DNA from: Heteronotia binoei
Lineage: Eukaryota
Assembly (NCBI RefSeq): GCF_032191835.1
Contig: NC_083239.1
Coordinates: 34,844,001-34,908,000, forward strand
Length of the DNA stretch: 64,000 nt
Direction of reading: 5' to 3'
Shown piece by piece: positions 1 through 12,645 of this stretch. Both the position numbers and the translations under genes were made by a program. The notes under the pieces are model-generated. The model worked only from the letters and a program-made list of their open reading frames with translations, made no database searches and was not told the origin of the DNA. How positions within the stretch are numbered: the stretch's first letter is position 1; every line of letters begins with the position of its first letter.

Positions 1-276
1 GATGGAGGTCCTGTAGTTGAGCCGTGGTGGTTGAGGGGGGGGGGGGACAACAGAGATCTCATTCCTGGCATTCAACAGGGCACAATTAGTGCTGATGTTG
101 AAGGTTAGGAGTTTGGGAGTGCTCATGGATTCCTCTCTAACAATGGAGCCCCAGGTAGCAGCCACTGCCAAACTGGCCTTTTATCATCTCTGACTAGTTA
201 GGCAGTTGGCTCCCTTCCTCGACCGTGATGACCTAGCAACAGTAATCCATGCTATGGTCACCTCAAGACTAGACTA

Positions 277-360
277 CTTGTAATGTAAAGTAAAGTAAAG
301 TAAAGTAAAATTTTATTTATATCCCGCCCTCCCCCGCCGAAGCGGGCTCAGGGCGGCTAA
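277..360 (-). mobile_element. L2 3' tail with (TTTAC)n
   Basis: Reverse complement of the 42430-42500 L2 terminus (ttagccgccctgagcc..gggatataaataaaatttt). Confidence 0.75.
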
Positions 361-632
361 TGTACTCGATGACGAGTCGTGTTAAAGGCAACATACTTTA
401 TTAGCTGGTACATCACAAGAGGGCGAAACGCGGGCCGGGTCCCGCTTTATATACAATACCCGGAACAGCCCTCCAACTGGCCCAGTCCAATCCTGGCCAG
501 TCAAACTTCCCGCCACAGATCTTAATTGGCGGAGTACTTTCACGCGCTACACCCAGTGACCAGCGGACTTCCTCTGGTCACCTCTGCCGCGTCGCTGTGC
601 AGTACTTCCGGATTTCATTTCAAGACACAACA
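361..632 (-). mobile_element. Putative solo LTR
   Basis: TG...CA termini, 272 bp, CpG-rich, with minus-strand TATAAA and AATAAA; TSD unconvincing. Confidence 0.5.
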
Positions 633-789
633 CTACTGTAATGCTCTCTACAGGGGGCTGCCCTTGTCTCAAATCCAGAAGCTTCAACTGGCACAGAATG
701 CTACAGTCAGGCTGTTATTGGGTATCCCCTTGCAGAAACACGTTCAGCCTGCACTGAAAGCTCTGCACTGGTTACTGATTGTATACCAG

Positions 790-956
790 CAGGGGTCATT
801 TTGTAGAAAAATAGGTGATAGAGCTCATCCAGAGATTGTTATGCAGCTGCACCTACTATTCAATGGACAAGGTATGTAGGTGGGAAGGAGGAGGGGGAAC
901 CCTCAGAAAGGTTCAGGAGCTGTGCTCCTGTGAGCTCCTGTTGAATCTGAGGCCTG
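790..956 (-). mobile_element. hAT-type MITE (family A, short)
   Basis: CAGG...CCTG ends; TSD tataccag/tataccaa. Confidence 0.75.
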
Positions 957-1086
957 TATACCAAATTTAATAAAGAGAGCTATGATCACTGCAACAGTGT
1001 CTCATCCCTGCATTGAACCCATTATATTATACACATTTTGGTGGGAAATACAAAATATTCCTCCCAGAAGCAATTAATAATCTTAC

Positions 1087-1174
1087 CTGTGTTCTAGAGT
1101 GTTTGCTTTCCACTTGGTCTCCAAGAAGGTGAAGAATCACATCCTTCTTCAAATGATTCAGAAGCTAATCCACA
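1087..1174 (-). other. Candidate non-coding 5' exon of an FFAR paralog lying outside the window
   Basis: Minus-strand donor CAG|GTAAGAT (GT at 1086-1085); exon and flanks homologous to 20490-20850 (+) and 19413-19530 (-). Confidence 0.55.
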
Positions 1175-1842
1175 CAGGGCCAGATTAAGACTTGCTGAGC
1201 AACAAGGCTACATCGTGTTTGTGAGACTCACAGCATCAACCTAACAAATAATAATTTAGCATTTTATCAATTTTTTTTTAAATTAAAGATTCCCCTCATA
1301 ATTTGAAGCCCTAAACTGTAATTCCCTTAAACCCTGCTCTAAATCTATGTTGTAGCTTCTAACAATATGTCCATGGACAGAAATGGTCACACTCAAACAC
1401 ATACTGCAAAACCCGTGAAGGGTCAGGTCAATACAGGATGGGTAGTAGGCTTCTGTGATGTTTCAGGGGAAGACCAACGCCATGCTGGGAATTATTAGGA
1501 AGGGAACTGAAAACAAATCAGCCAGTATCATAATGCCGCTGTATAAATAGAATTAAATAAATAAATAGACAGGTACTTGTTAAAGAGATAATCTTGTTCA
1601 GCTGCAGAGAATCAAAACATGTATGTGGCAGTGTTCTAGTAGTCTGTCCTTGTTGCTGGGCAATGGAAAATAAAAAATGAAGTCTCCAGCATGATTTGAG
1701 AGGGATGGTCTTTAGACTTTGGCTATGAGGTAACCTAAGGCTCTTTAGTTTTGAAAGCTGACAGCATGCATTACTGAGGTAATATCTGGTCTCACTGCCT
1801 TGGTTATTTTGGGGTCCAAAGTTAATGGTTTATCCTTGTAAT

Positions 1843-3123
1843 CGGACCTTGAATTCAACAGGAGCTCAGAGGAGTGCAGCTCCTGAACCTTTCTGACAGC
1901 CCCCTTCCTCCTCCCCACCTACCTTGTCCATTGAATAGTAGGTGCAGCTGCATAACAATCCCTGGATTAGGAGAACAGGCAGGCAGGCAGGCAGACAGCC
2001 AGCCACCAGGAGCTTTGCCACACCCCCAGCAGCCTTCATTAACCTCTGGAGAAGCCCACACCACCCTTTCTCCACTTCTTATATGGTTTTGGGCAGCAGG
2101 TGGCTTACTGGCCTTTTGCCTGGGGGTCCCAGCCAAGGAGAGCCCCAGGTGAGTGAGGCCTTCTTGGGCTGGCTGGGTCTCTAGTCAGTACAATCAGGCC
2201 TTGTTCTCCCAGGGCTCTCCTTTCTTGTGTCAGGTTGCTTTGGGCTGGTAGGGTGGTGGTGGCATATGCTAATAAATTATGCTAATTAGCTCCACCACTA
2301 GGCTTCCCAAACCTCCCGCTCTGGCGGGAGACTTCTGGGTTCGCAGCCTCATCTCCCGCTCTTCAAAACTCTGGAAGCGGGGGTGGGGGTGGAGGGGGGG
2401 AGAACATACCTTTAGGCTTCATGTTGTAGAGCTCCTGAGCCTTTTGCAAAATGTCTGCCCCTTTAAGGCTGGGCAGGAAGCAGGAAGCAGAAAGGGCTTC
2501 TGAGAACGGCCCCTCCCTTTCTTTTGCTTTCGTTTTCACAGGAAGTAGAGTTGTCCGAGGAAGATCTGGTAAGTGTGTGTGTGAGAGAGGGAGGAGGCAG
2601 GGGATTCCCTAGTTTGGAGGCCCTCCCCCCCTTTAGAAAGCGTGGGGGGGGAGGGAAATGTCTACTAGGCACTCTATTATTCCCTATGGAGAACGATTCC
2701 CATAGGGAATAATAGGAAATTAATCTGTGGGTATTGGGGGCTCTGGGGGAGCTATTTTTTGAGGTAGAGGCACCACATTTTTAGTATAGCATCTAGTGCC
2801 TCTCCCCAAAATACACCCCAAGTTTCAAAACGATTGGACCAGAGGGTCCAATTCTATGAGCCCCAAAATATGGTGCCCCTATCCTTAATTATTTCCTATG
2901 GAAGAAAGGCATTTTAAAAGGTGTGCTGTCTCTTTAAATGTGATGGCCAGAACTCCCTTGGAGTTCAATTATGCTTGTCACATCCTTGTTCTTGGCTCCA
3001 CCCCCAATGTCTCCTGGCTCCACCCCCAAAGTCTCCTGGCTCCACCCCCAAAGTCCCCAGATTTTTCTTTAATTGGACTTGGCAACCCTATCCACCACCT
3101 ATTTTTCTACAAAATGACCCCTG
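1843..3123 (+). mobile_element. hAT-type MITE (family A, long) containing a nested family B MITE
   Basis: Perfect 8-bp TSD CTTGTAAT (1835-1842 / 3124-3131). Confidence 0.85.
2299..3090 (-). mobile_element. hAT-type MITE (family B, TAGGGTTGCCA-type ends)
   Basis: Perfect TSD TCCACCAC (2291-2298 / 3091-3098); homologous to 4802-5573. Confidence 0.88.
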
Positions 3124-4801
3124 CTTGTAATTCAATTTCCCCTCATCATTTCCAGTTCCTAACATCACAGGATTATATGGATTCAATTTGCAACAGGATC
3201 TCTTTGAAATTCACCAATAAGAGTTAAGAATGAAGTTATTTGAAAAGATCCTCCCATACAAATTTCAAAAGCAAGATCTGAAAAAGCACTGAAATTCTCT
3301 TTCAGTGATGAAAATTTCATTTACCTTACATGGTTCAAAAGTGAAAGAATAAAACTCTTCCCAAAAGCATCTGTTCAAACATTCTGGAAGCTCTTTTTCT
3401 TGCCCTTTATTGGGCAAGATGTTGACTCTTGATTATAATATGTCACTCACTATACACATCATTATATATGTGGACTAATGATGCCATTACCATGTGCCTG
3501 CCTGGCTCATTGGCGTCTTTTAGGACTGAGCTTGGTGTAGGACGTAGATTCAGGTTCACTAGAACATGGAGAGAGCGCCAAGTAGAACTGCACTAGCTAT
3601 AATAATAGAATCTGCCTTAATATGAAGTTGAATTTCTCTAATGGAACACAGACTCATGGAGGTCTTAGCATGGAGCCCTTTAGAGGACAAAGAAAGAAAA
3701 GTCATTGCATATCACAAAGCACATTTCCCTAGCAAGAGAATGTTATCAGAGTTCTGTTAGCATCCTTTGATAAGGAAAGCTTATCTCCCTACCTCAGGAA
3801 GGACCCCCTAACCTGAAGAAGCCATCATGCCCACGCAGTAGAGATTGCATTTACTGACACATTCTCTGTGTCAGGGGAAGCAAGAAACCAATGTTCCACT
3901 CAGAACTGAAAAGGGAACAAGGTAAAAAACAACAGCCACCCCTAATTCAATGAATTCCTCATGGTTCCCTTTTCCAGAAATTGACAAGAGTGACAATAGA
4001 CAGTTCACCTATTTCCTTCGCTTTGAGAGCAATTCATCTCTAGCGTGTCCATAGAATTAACCTTCTTCAGATGTGGAAGATCTAATAAATTTGAAAGCCA
4101 CGGGCCATGGTTTTAATTACTTTAATAAATGGCTCTTTTATCAGGAAATTTTTTCTTCTACCCTCTTAATAAATTATGCATCACTAGTATCACCTGATGG
4201 TCACCAGTAATGGTTTTCCTGGTTCCTTTTTCATTTCTAAGTAACAGGCTGGCTTCCTGATTCCTCCAAACTATCATATAAGTTGGTGACAGATAATTCA
4301 GGGCCTTCTCAGTGACTATGAACACACCCATCTGCTAACGGGTGCAAAAAATGCACAATCCTTATGCCCGGCTGGATAAAAAGCGAAAGATCCTCTTGAC
4401 AGAAAGATGACTTCAAAGATACAGTAAGCAACGCTCATGAATTAAAGGATCACAGCTGCTGCTGATGCACAGTGGGAGAGCCCATATGCTATGCATGTAT
4501 TTGTAGAAAGATGGCAGTGTTTCACCAATTGTAGGAAACAAAAGTATAAAAGCCAGGCATTGTGTTAGGAGTGCATTGCAAAAAAAAAAATAATAATAAT
4601 AAATACAAAAATCTGTTTTAATTCTGAGTTCATGTTTTTTAAGGGGCATGCTTTTCATCATGCTGGATTTTCGGTGAGTTTGTTTTTGTTTTTTTACAAT
4701 TGCTTTCAGGCACAATTTTTAGGTTCAGGAATTTTGACAACTGAAAAGCACACCCTGATGAGGAAACCTAACCTGAATTTTAAAGGGAAATCCCCCATGG
4801 C

Positions 4802-5573
4802 TAGGGTTGCCAAGTCCAATTAAAGAAAAATCTGGGGACTTTGGGGGCGGAGCCAGGAGACTTTGGGGGTGGAGCCAGGAACAAGGATGTGACAAGTATA
4901 ATTGAACTCCAAGGGAGTTCTGGCCATCACATTTAAAGGGACACCACGCCTTTTTAAATGCCTTTCTTCCATAGGAAATAATTAAGGATAGGGGCACCAT
5001 CTTTTGGGGCTCATAGAATTGGACCCTCTGGTCCAATATTTTTGAAACTTGGGGGGTATTTTGGGGAGAGGCACTAGCTGCTATACTAAAAATCTGGTGC
5101 CTCTACCTCAAAAAATAGCCCCCCCAGAGCCCCCAATACCCATGGATCAATTCCCTATTATTTTCTATGGGAATCGTTCTCCATAGGGAATAATAGAGTG
5201 CCTAGTAAACATTTCCCTCCCCCCCACGCTTTCTAAAGGGGGGGGCCTCCATACCAGGGAATCCCCCCTCCCTGCCCCCTCCCTCCCTCCCTCTCTCTCA
5301 CACACACAAATACTTACTGTACTTGGTCTTCTTCCAGCAGAATTTGCTCGCTGTGAAAACAAAGCAAGCTGCACAGGAAAAGAAAGGGAGGGGCCATTCC
5401 TGTTTCCTGTGCAGCCTTAAAGGGACACATTTTAAAAACGGATTCCAAGCTGTAAAACAACATGATGCCTACAGGTATGTTCTCTCTCCCCCCGCCCCCA
5501 GATTTTTTAAGAGCGGGGGAGGAGGCTGAAAATTCGGGGGTCCCCCGCCAGGGCGGAAGGGTTGGGAAGCCTA
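4802..5573 (+). mobile_element. hAT-type MITE (family B, long)
   Basis: TAGG...CCTA ends; perfect TSD CCCATGGC. Confidence 0.88.
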
Positions 5574-6049
5574 CCCATGGCTCTTTAAAGTTTGAAAACT
5601 GAAAAGGGGAAGAAGGCAAGGACTTACAGCTTCTACAGGGACAGATCACAGCTGCTGGCCCTTCTTTCCGTGGAAGGTAGCAGGGACGGATTAAACCCTG
5701 TGGAGGCCTGTAGCCAGTCAAAATCTTGAAGGCCCCCTCGCAAATTATCTCAGAGTTGGAGTGCCCACCCCACCACCTGCGGCTCCTGCTGCAGCCTGCA
5801 GGCACCTTCTCAAAAGCCCCTTTGACAAAATTGTGAGGAAGAGGCAGAGAGAAGCAGCTGCACCAGGCAAGTCGGGCAAAGAGTGGCTCAGTTGCTGGCT
5901 GGGTGTGCACGCTGGGAGGGCTGCAAACAAGGGGAAAACTGCGGCGGGGGGGGGGAGAGGTGACTAAAGGCATGGGGGTCCATAGACCAGTGCCTACATG
6001 GCCTAATTGTTAATCCAGCCCTGGAAGGTAGAGCCTGCCTGGGTCTATG

Positions 6050-6260
6050 GAGAAGTGCTGTGGCTCAGCATAAGAGCCTCTGCTTTGCATGCAGAAGATC
6101 CCAGGTTCAATCCCCGGCATCTCCACTTAACAAGGACCAGGCAGTAGCTGATATGAAAGATCTCTACCTGAGACCCTGGTAAGTTGCTGCCAGTCTGAGT
6201 AGACAACTACTGATTTTGATGGACCAGTGGTCAGATTCAGTATAAGGGAGCTTCATGTGT
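6050..6260 (+). mobile_element. tRNA-derived SINE
   Basis: Head with A-box and B-box (gtggctcag..ggttcaatccc); homologous to 54385-54590. Confidence 0.7.
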
Positions 6261-6359
6261 GACCCAAAGCTCAGCATTGTTTCTCATTTTCATTGAGAGA
6301 AAAACCAGCTGGTTTATCAACATTGATCCAGGTTTTTGTTGAACTGGTGCATAGTAAAT

Positions 6360-7735
6360 AAGAACATAAGAGAAGCCATGTTGGATCAGGCCAATGGCCC
6401 ATCCAGTCCAACACTNNNNNNNNNNNNNNNNNNNNNNNNNNNNNNNNNNNNNNNNNNNNNNNNNNNNNNNNNNNNNNNNNNNNNNNNNNNNNNNNNNNNN
6501 NNNNNNNNNNNNNNNNNNNNNNNNNNNNNNNNNNNNNNNNNNNNNNNNNNNNNNNNNNNNNNNNNNNNNNNNNNNNNNNNNNNNNNNNNNNNNNNNNNAC
6601 TGATGGACCTCTGCTCCATATTTTTATCTAACCCCCTCTTGAAGCTGTCTATGCTTGTAGCTGCCACCACCTCCTGTGGCAGTGAATTCCACATGTTAAT
6701 CACCCTTTGTGTGAAGAAGTACTTCCTTTTATCCATTTTAACCTGACTGCTCAGCAATTTCATCGAATGCCCACGAGTTCTTGTATTGTGAGAAAGGGAG
6801 AAAAGTACTTCTTTCTCTACTTTCTCCATCCCATGCATTATCTTGTAAACCTCTATCATGTCACCCTGCATTCGACGTTTCTCCAAGCTAAAGAGCCCCA
6901 AGCGTTTTAACCTTTCTTCATAGGGAAAGCGTTCCAACCCTTTAATCATTCTAGTTGAACAAGTTAGAGCATGGGACCCAGTACCGAGCCCTGTGGCACC
7001 CCACTCCTTACTGTCCTCCACTGCGAAGACTGTCCATTAATACTCACTCTTTGCTTCCTATTAATTAGCCAGTTTTTGATCCACAAGAGGACCTGTCCTT
7101 TTACTCCATGACTCTCAAGCTTTCTAAGGAGCCTTTGATGAGGAACTTTATCAAAAGCTTTCTGGAAGTCAAGGTAAACAACATCTATTGGGTCTCCTTT
7201 GTCCACACGTTTGTTCACCCCCTCAAAGAAATGTAACAGGTTAGTGAGGCAAGATCTTCCCTTACAGAACCCATTCTGAGTCTTCCTCAATAACTCGTGT
7301 TCATCAATGTGCCTACTCATTCTGTCCTTGATAATGATTTCTACCAAGTTTCCCAGTATTGAAGTCAGACTGACTGGCCTGTAATTTCCCGGATCTCCTC
7401 TGGAACCCTTTTTAAAGATGGGGGTGACATTTGCTACCTTCCAGTCCTCAGGAACGGAGGCAGATTTCAATGAGAGATTACATATTTTTGTCAGAAGATC
7501 CACAAGTTCAACTTTTAGTTCTTTCAGAACTCTTGGATGTATGCCATCCAGACCTGGTGACTTATTAGTTTTTAATTTGTCTATCAGTTGTAGGACCTCC
7601 TCTCTTGTCGCCTCAATCTGACTCAGGTCTTTCAACACCCCTTCCAAAATTAGTGGTTCTGGAGCGGGCAAACACTTCTCATCTTCCACAGTGAAAACGG
7701 AGGCAAAAAATGCATTCAGCTTCTCATTCATTAGT
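6360..7735 (-). mobile_element. CR1 LINE, 5'-truncated and internally deleted
   Basis: RT ORFs 6964-7731 (KSPGLDG, NYRPVSLTS, YLDFQKAFD, GVPQGSVLGP) and 6386-7021 (GLFSLEKRR..FFTQRV); (CTTATGTT) tail; YxDD region is missing. Confidence 0.92.
6416..6598. other. Assembly gap (N run)
   Basis: 183 Ns. Confidence 0.99.
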
Positions 7736-8118
7736 GTGAGAGATGTTCTTCAGTCTCAACCTCCAACTCCATATGCATGCTATTACTCTTTCCTACACCA
7801 GAGTTGCTGCTGTAGGGAGGCCTATGAGTTGAGAAATACCTGGAGATTTGATGGCGATTTGGTGGAGTCTGATTGAGGATAGGATTGGGGAGGGGAGCGA
7901 CTTTAGTGGGGTATAATGCCATAGAGTCCACCTTCCAAAGTGGCCATTTTCTCCAGGTGAACTGATCTCTGTGGCCTGGAGATTACTTGTAAGATTCCAA
8001 GATTTGTAGAGCATCCTGGGGCTGCATATGGATTGACTGAGAATCATTATACTAGAGACACATGTACCCATTGATTGATTTAAGAAATATGTCTATCTGT
8101 ATAATATAGTGGGTTCCA

Positions 8119-8398
8119 TGTAATGAAGAGGCGAGGTGGTAGTGATAGTCAGCTCTTTATTAGATACAGCGTAGTGTAGGGCTGTACTATAAGACTGGCT
8201 ACTGGGCCAACAGGGTCAGCTATATATACATTCCAGGCTCCTGCGCTAGCATTCTATTGGACCGTTCAAACCAGCAGGGGGCCCGTGATTGGAGCAGGGC
8301 AGCAGGGATTTGGATCCTACTGCCCATTGTTCCTGAATCCCCAAGTTCAGTCTTCCAGGCTCCAATGAGCCAGGCAAGAACCCCGTATATTGAACACA
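8119..8398 (-). mobile_element. Putative solo LTR
   Basis: TGTAAT...CACA termini, minus-strand AATAAA and TATA-like motifs, CCAAT boxes; TSD imperfect. Confidence 0.45.
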
Positions 8399-8404
8399 AT
8401 TCAG

Positions 8405-8720
8405 ATCACATTTATTTATTTATTTATTACGTTCAACTTATATCCCGCCCTCTCCGCAAGCGGACTCAGGGCGGCTCACAACATCATGTCCATACGGTTA
8501 AACCAATAAAACATATAAAACCATAATTTACATTTTTCAGTTTTTAAAAAAAACATATTACAATTTTTAAAACCATTATATAGTGCTGCATCCATACATT
8601 ATAGGCGGCATTAAATTTCCAAACAGTGATCACCGGCATTCTATGTGATGTCCGGTGGCAGCCGTCTTTCCATCAAGCATCGAAGGCCTGCTTGAACAAT
8701 TCGGTTTTACAGGCCCTGCG
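8405..8720 (-). mobile_element. L2 3' end fragment
   Basis: (TTTA)n tail, tatcccgccc..ctcagggcggct and aggccctgcggaa match the L2 3' end. Confidence 0.75.
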
Positions 8721-9608
8721 GAATAATCTGTCTAATTATCTGTCTATATAATAATCTGTCTAATTATCTTCTGGCAGTGCGAAGACAATTGGTTTTGCTT
8801 CCACTATCAAACAAGTGGCATGCTGTGGTGGGCAGGGCCAGACATGATTGGTAGTCCATGATACAAAATTGCTACTAGCATTGGTACTATGCCAATGCAA
8901 CTGACCAGAACCAGATCAGACTGGGTTTCCTCCTGATGTCCTGAACAACAGCTTGATTTGTAGGCATCAAAACGGTGATGGGGGAAATATAGCTTTATTT
9001 TATGGTCCAGTGACCCCTTTCTGTAACGTGATGCAATCACTAAAAGAATCCCAACCCTGTAATCTTTGTGCCAGGTTGAAGCTTTCCATGGCCAGGAGAT
9101 TATATTTATCACATCTGGCAGATAAGATCCAGGGTCGGTTGCTCATTGTGAAGTATGCGCCTCTCCCCAGCTGTGAACCCACGGCCAGGAAGCAGCGTTT
9201 CCAGCTAACATTGCATCTTGCAGAGCATTATATTTAGCTCCCACCTCCTCTTTGCTGCATCTTCTGGTGCAGCGTAAGGACAGAACAAAGTCCGAAAGCC
9301 ATTTCCGTCACAGAAATATGTTTTCTCAAAGCTGTAACAACAAAAGGCTGATTGTACATCCAAGTGTACTATCCATTGTGTATCCATTGTGTAAGGCTGA
9401 TTGTACATCCAAGTGTACTATCCTTCCACTGAAATGGGCTTCCATTTTTTTTATTAACATATATATGCATATTGCAATCAAAACTATTTTAGTGAAACTC
9501 AGTGGAATCCTAAACAGTTACAGTGTTCTAAGTAGGGACGGGAATCAATTGCAAATATGCAGCTTGGTTTGTGATTCATGGCTGAATGGGGAGATTCACT
9601 GGTGAACC

Positions 9609-9790
9609 CAGGGCTCATTTTGTAGCAGGAACTCCTTTGCATATTAGGCCACAAACCCCTGATGTAGCCAATCCTCCAAGAGCTTACAGTAGGCCCTGTA
9701 CTAAGAGCCCTGTAAGCTCTTGGAGGATTGGCTACATCAAGGGTATTTGGCCTAATAAGCAAAGGATCTCCTGCTACAAAATGAGCCCTG
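9609..9790. mobile_element. Palindromic hAT-type MITE (family D)
   Basis: Whole element is an inverted repeat; TSD ggtgaacc/ggtgaact. Other copies at ~26755-26924, 30590-30775, 32890-33050, 33965-34135, 35017-35186 and 61911-62093. Confidence 0.85.
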
Positions 9791-10662
9791 GGTGAACTGA
9801 ACCAGCTTGTGGTTCATGACCCCCAGCGAACCCCATTGAAAGGGAGCACAGTTCTTTTAAACAGGATTGGCAGAAAGCCGCAAAAACAGCTCAGTGGCAG
9901 AGAGCACACTGCTGCTCAGCTGCGTTGGGCTTTCTTGTGCAGTCCCTTTAAAGCCTGAAAAGGGTGGGGGGAAGGCTTCTTCTTGCTGCTCTTTGAGCTT
10001 TCTTGTGCTGCCTCTTCAAAGGGACTGCCCAAGAAAGCCCAGGACAGCTGAGTGGTGAGGAGCAGAAAGCTTTCTTACTCCACCTCTGCTTTCTGCTCTA
10101 TCCATGAACCTCCACGAACCTCCATGAACTGCTTTAAAAGTTCATCAAAGTTTGTGATGGTAGATCCATCACAAACTTTATGAATTTTGCTTTGTGGTTC
10201 GGTTCATGCCCATCCCTAGTTCTTGCCCATTTACTTCAGTGGACTGCAGGAGGAGTATCTTTGTTTAGGATCGCATGGAGTTTGCCAGTATTCTGGAATG
10301 AAATTCCACCCTGATTGCCCTCCTTTTTATTCTTGTTCTTAGGGAAGAACTTCTCAAGCACATAAAACTTCTCAACGTTTTCCTTTCTCGGTCATATCCC
10401 CTGCCGCTTAGCACATTTCTGTATCATTGGATATTGCACTACTGTGGCTTTGTGTCAATCATTTGCAAATAGATAGTTTTGGGTGATCAAGACAAACCAC
10501 TGGCAAAGGATTAATAATAATAATTATTATCGTATGGCACTGTGTGTGGTATAGCCAGGAGACCTGGGTGAATGAAAGAGGTAGTGCTTTGGCTGCGCTG
10601 CCTCTTTCGTCTGCCTGGGACCTGGGCAGGTGAAAGGGGCGGTACAAATCCTCTGATTCATT

Positions 10663-11193
10663 TAGGGTTGCCAATCCCCAGGTGGGGGCAGGGGATCCCC
10701 CGGTTTGGAGACCCTCCCCCCACTTCAGGGTCATCAGAAAGCGGGGGGAGGGGAGGGAAATGTCTGCTGGGAACTCTGTTATTCCCTATGGAGATTTATT
10801 CCCATAGAAAATAATGGAGAATTGATCCGTGGGTATCTGGGGCTCTGGGGGGGCTGCTTTTTGGAGTAGAGGCACCAAATTTTTAGTATAACATCTAGTG
10901 CCTCTCCCCAAAATGCCCCCCAAGTTTCAAAAAGATTGGATGAGGGGGTCCAATTCTATGAGCCCCAAAAGAAGGTGCCCCATATCCTTCATTATTTCCT
11001 ATGGAAGGAAGGCATTTAAAAGGTGTGCCGTCCCTTTAAATGTGACGGCCAGAACTCCCTTTGGAGTTCAATTATGCATGTCACAGCCTTGATCTTGGCT
11101 CCACCCCTAATGTCTCCTGGCTCCGCCCCCAAAGTCTCCTGGCTCCACCCCCAAAGTCCCCAGATATTTCTGGAATTGGACTTGGCAATCCTA
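10663..11193 (-). mobile_element. hAT-type MITE (family B)
   Basis: TAGGGTTGCCA terminal inverted repeats; perfect TSD GATTCATT. Confidence 0.88.
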
Positions 11194-12645
11194 GATTCAT
11201 TTCGTGGCCCAGTCGTTAACAGTTGGTAATGGTCCATGGCCCAGAGGTTTGGGGATCCCTGGGTTAGACTGCGAGAGACAGAGTAACTAGACTATGGTCC
11301 CCCAGAGAACTTTCATGGCCGAGTGGGGATTCGAAACTGGGACTTTCAGATCTTAGCCTGACAGTTTAACCACAACACCTGGCTGGTCTCTGACAAAAGA
11401 GACCATTCAGTTCAGTTTAAAAATTAATCATAGGACAACTTGGAATAGCAAGTCCAGAAAACAACAGAAAAGAAAGCATTTCTAGAACTTTACTGTTTGC
11501 ATCTGTTTCCCAGGTTTCCCTGTCTAAGAAAGTATGACAGAGAAGGTTATGAGTCAACTAAGCTGCAAGAAGAAGAAGAAAATAACCAGGAAAAATAAAA
11601 AAAAGATCTCTGTGATGCAAAACCCTGCACATAGATGGCCCACACTAGCCACACAAAGCAGCTAAGACTCCCAGCTGGAATAGCAAAGGCTTCTTCTTGC
11701 TGAAAGATGGAAAAGAGGGAAACTTTCAACTTCAACCGTCTTTCTAAAATTGCTATAGGACCTTAATATACTTGGAACCAAAGAGGAGGAGATATTTATG
11801 GGATACACCTCCGACCTCTTGCTCTCCTTTGGAGTCATCATTGGCTCAGAGGCTCACAAGATTAGCAGGTCTGGTTTAAGTAAGGGGGTGGGAGACATCC
11901 TGGCCTGGGCGCACAGTTCCCTGCTACCATTCAATAGGCCAGCAGGAGAAAAATGGGGAGGGGGGATTGCTGTCCTCCTATGTCATGACGTCACTTCCGG
12001 AACAAATAGAAAGTTACATCAGCACATCAGGGTAATGTTCTAGAATTTGCCCCAAATTCCAGAGTGTTGAGCCTATGCTAAAGCATCACCCCTATGTGTT
12101 GACATCCCTTCCTGTTCACACCAGAAGTGACATCATGATGCTGGGGATGTGGGAACAGGAGGATCCCTACCCCTCTAAATTCCCACCAGTTGCCAGCATC
12201 AGCATGGCAATTCAAGCAGGAGATGGTGCCATTTATCTCATGAAGGATAAATCTAGATCCGAGGCCATGCATTTAATCACAGGGGGGTTTACAAAGAGCT
12301 TTTAAATATATATATGGAATGGGCATTTTTTTTCGTGACCCTCAACTCTGGGTTGAGAAATTCCTGGAGATTTGAGGGTGGAGTCTTGAGGAGGAGGAAC
12401 CTCAGCGGGATATAATGGTGTAGAGTCCACCCTCCAAAGCAGCCATTTTCTCCAGGCGAACTGATCTCTGCAGTCTGGAGCTCAACTATAATTCCAGTAG
12501 AACCCTCGATTCGATCTGGAGGTTGGCAGCCCTATGCATTGGAAGCACTCCGCTTTTGAATTTTGAGCTAAAGATTTCCCAACCAAAAGGTGAACCCATA
12601 ATTGTGCACTTCAGGTCTCGGATTCAGAAAGAGCTCACAGGAGCA

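Larger units (their letters stand above)
1..789 (+). mobile_element. Degenerate L2 LINE RT C-terminal fragment, interrupted by later insertions
   Basis: Homologous to the 41600-42000 part of the L2 (gtcacctcaagactagactac..tgtaatgctctctac; YCNALY..LQLAQNA..HWL). Confidence 0.75.

Noticed and set aside
6336-6746. ORFs spanning the N runs (also 29046-29376)
   Set aside because: Artefacts of translating assembly gaps.
8780-9340. Possible ancient LINE RT remnant (YLSHLADKIQGRL)
   Set aside because: The resemblance is too weak to support a call.
11547-11735. 62-aa hydrophobic ORF resembling a membrane protein
   Set aside because: Hydrophobicity follows from the A-rich opposite strand; no motif or splice support.
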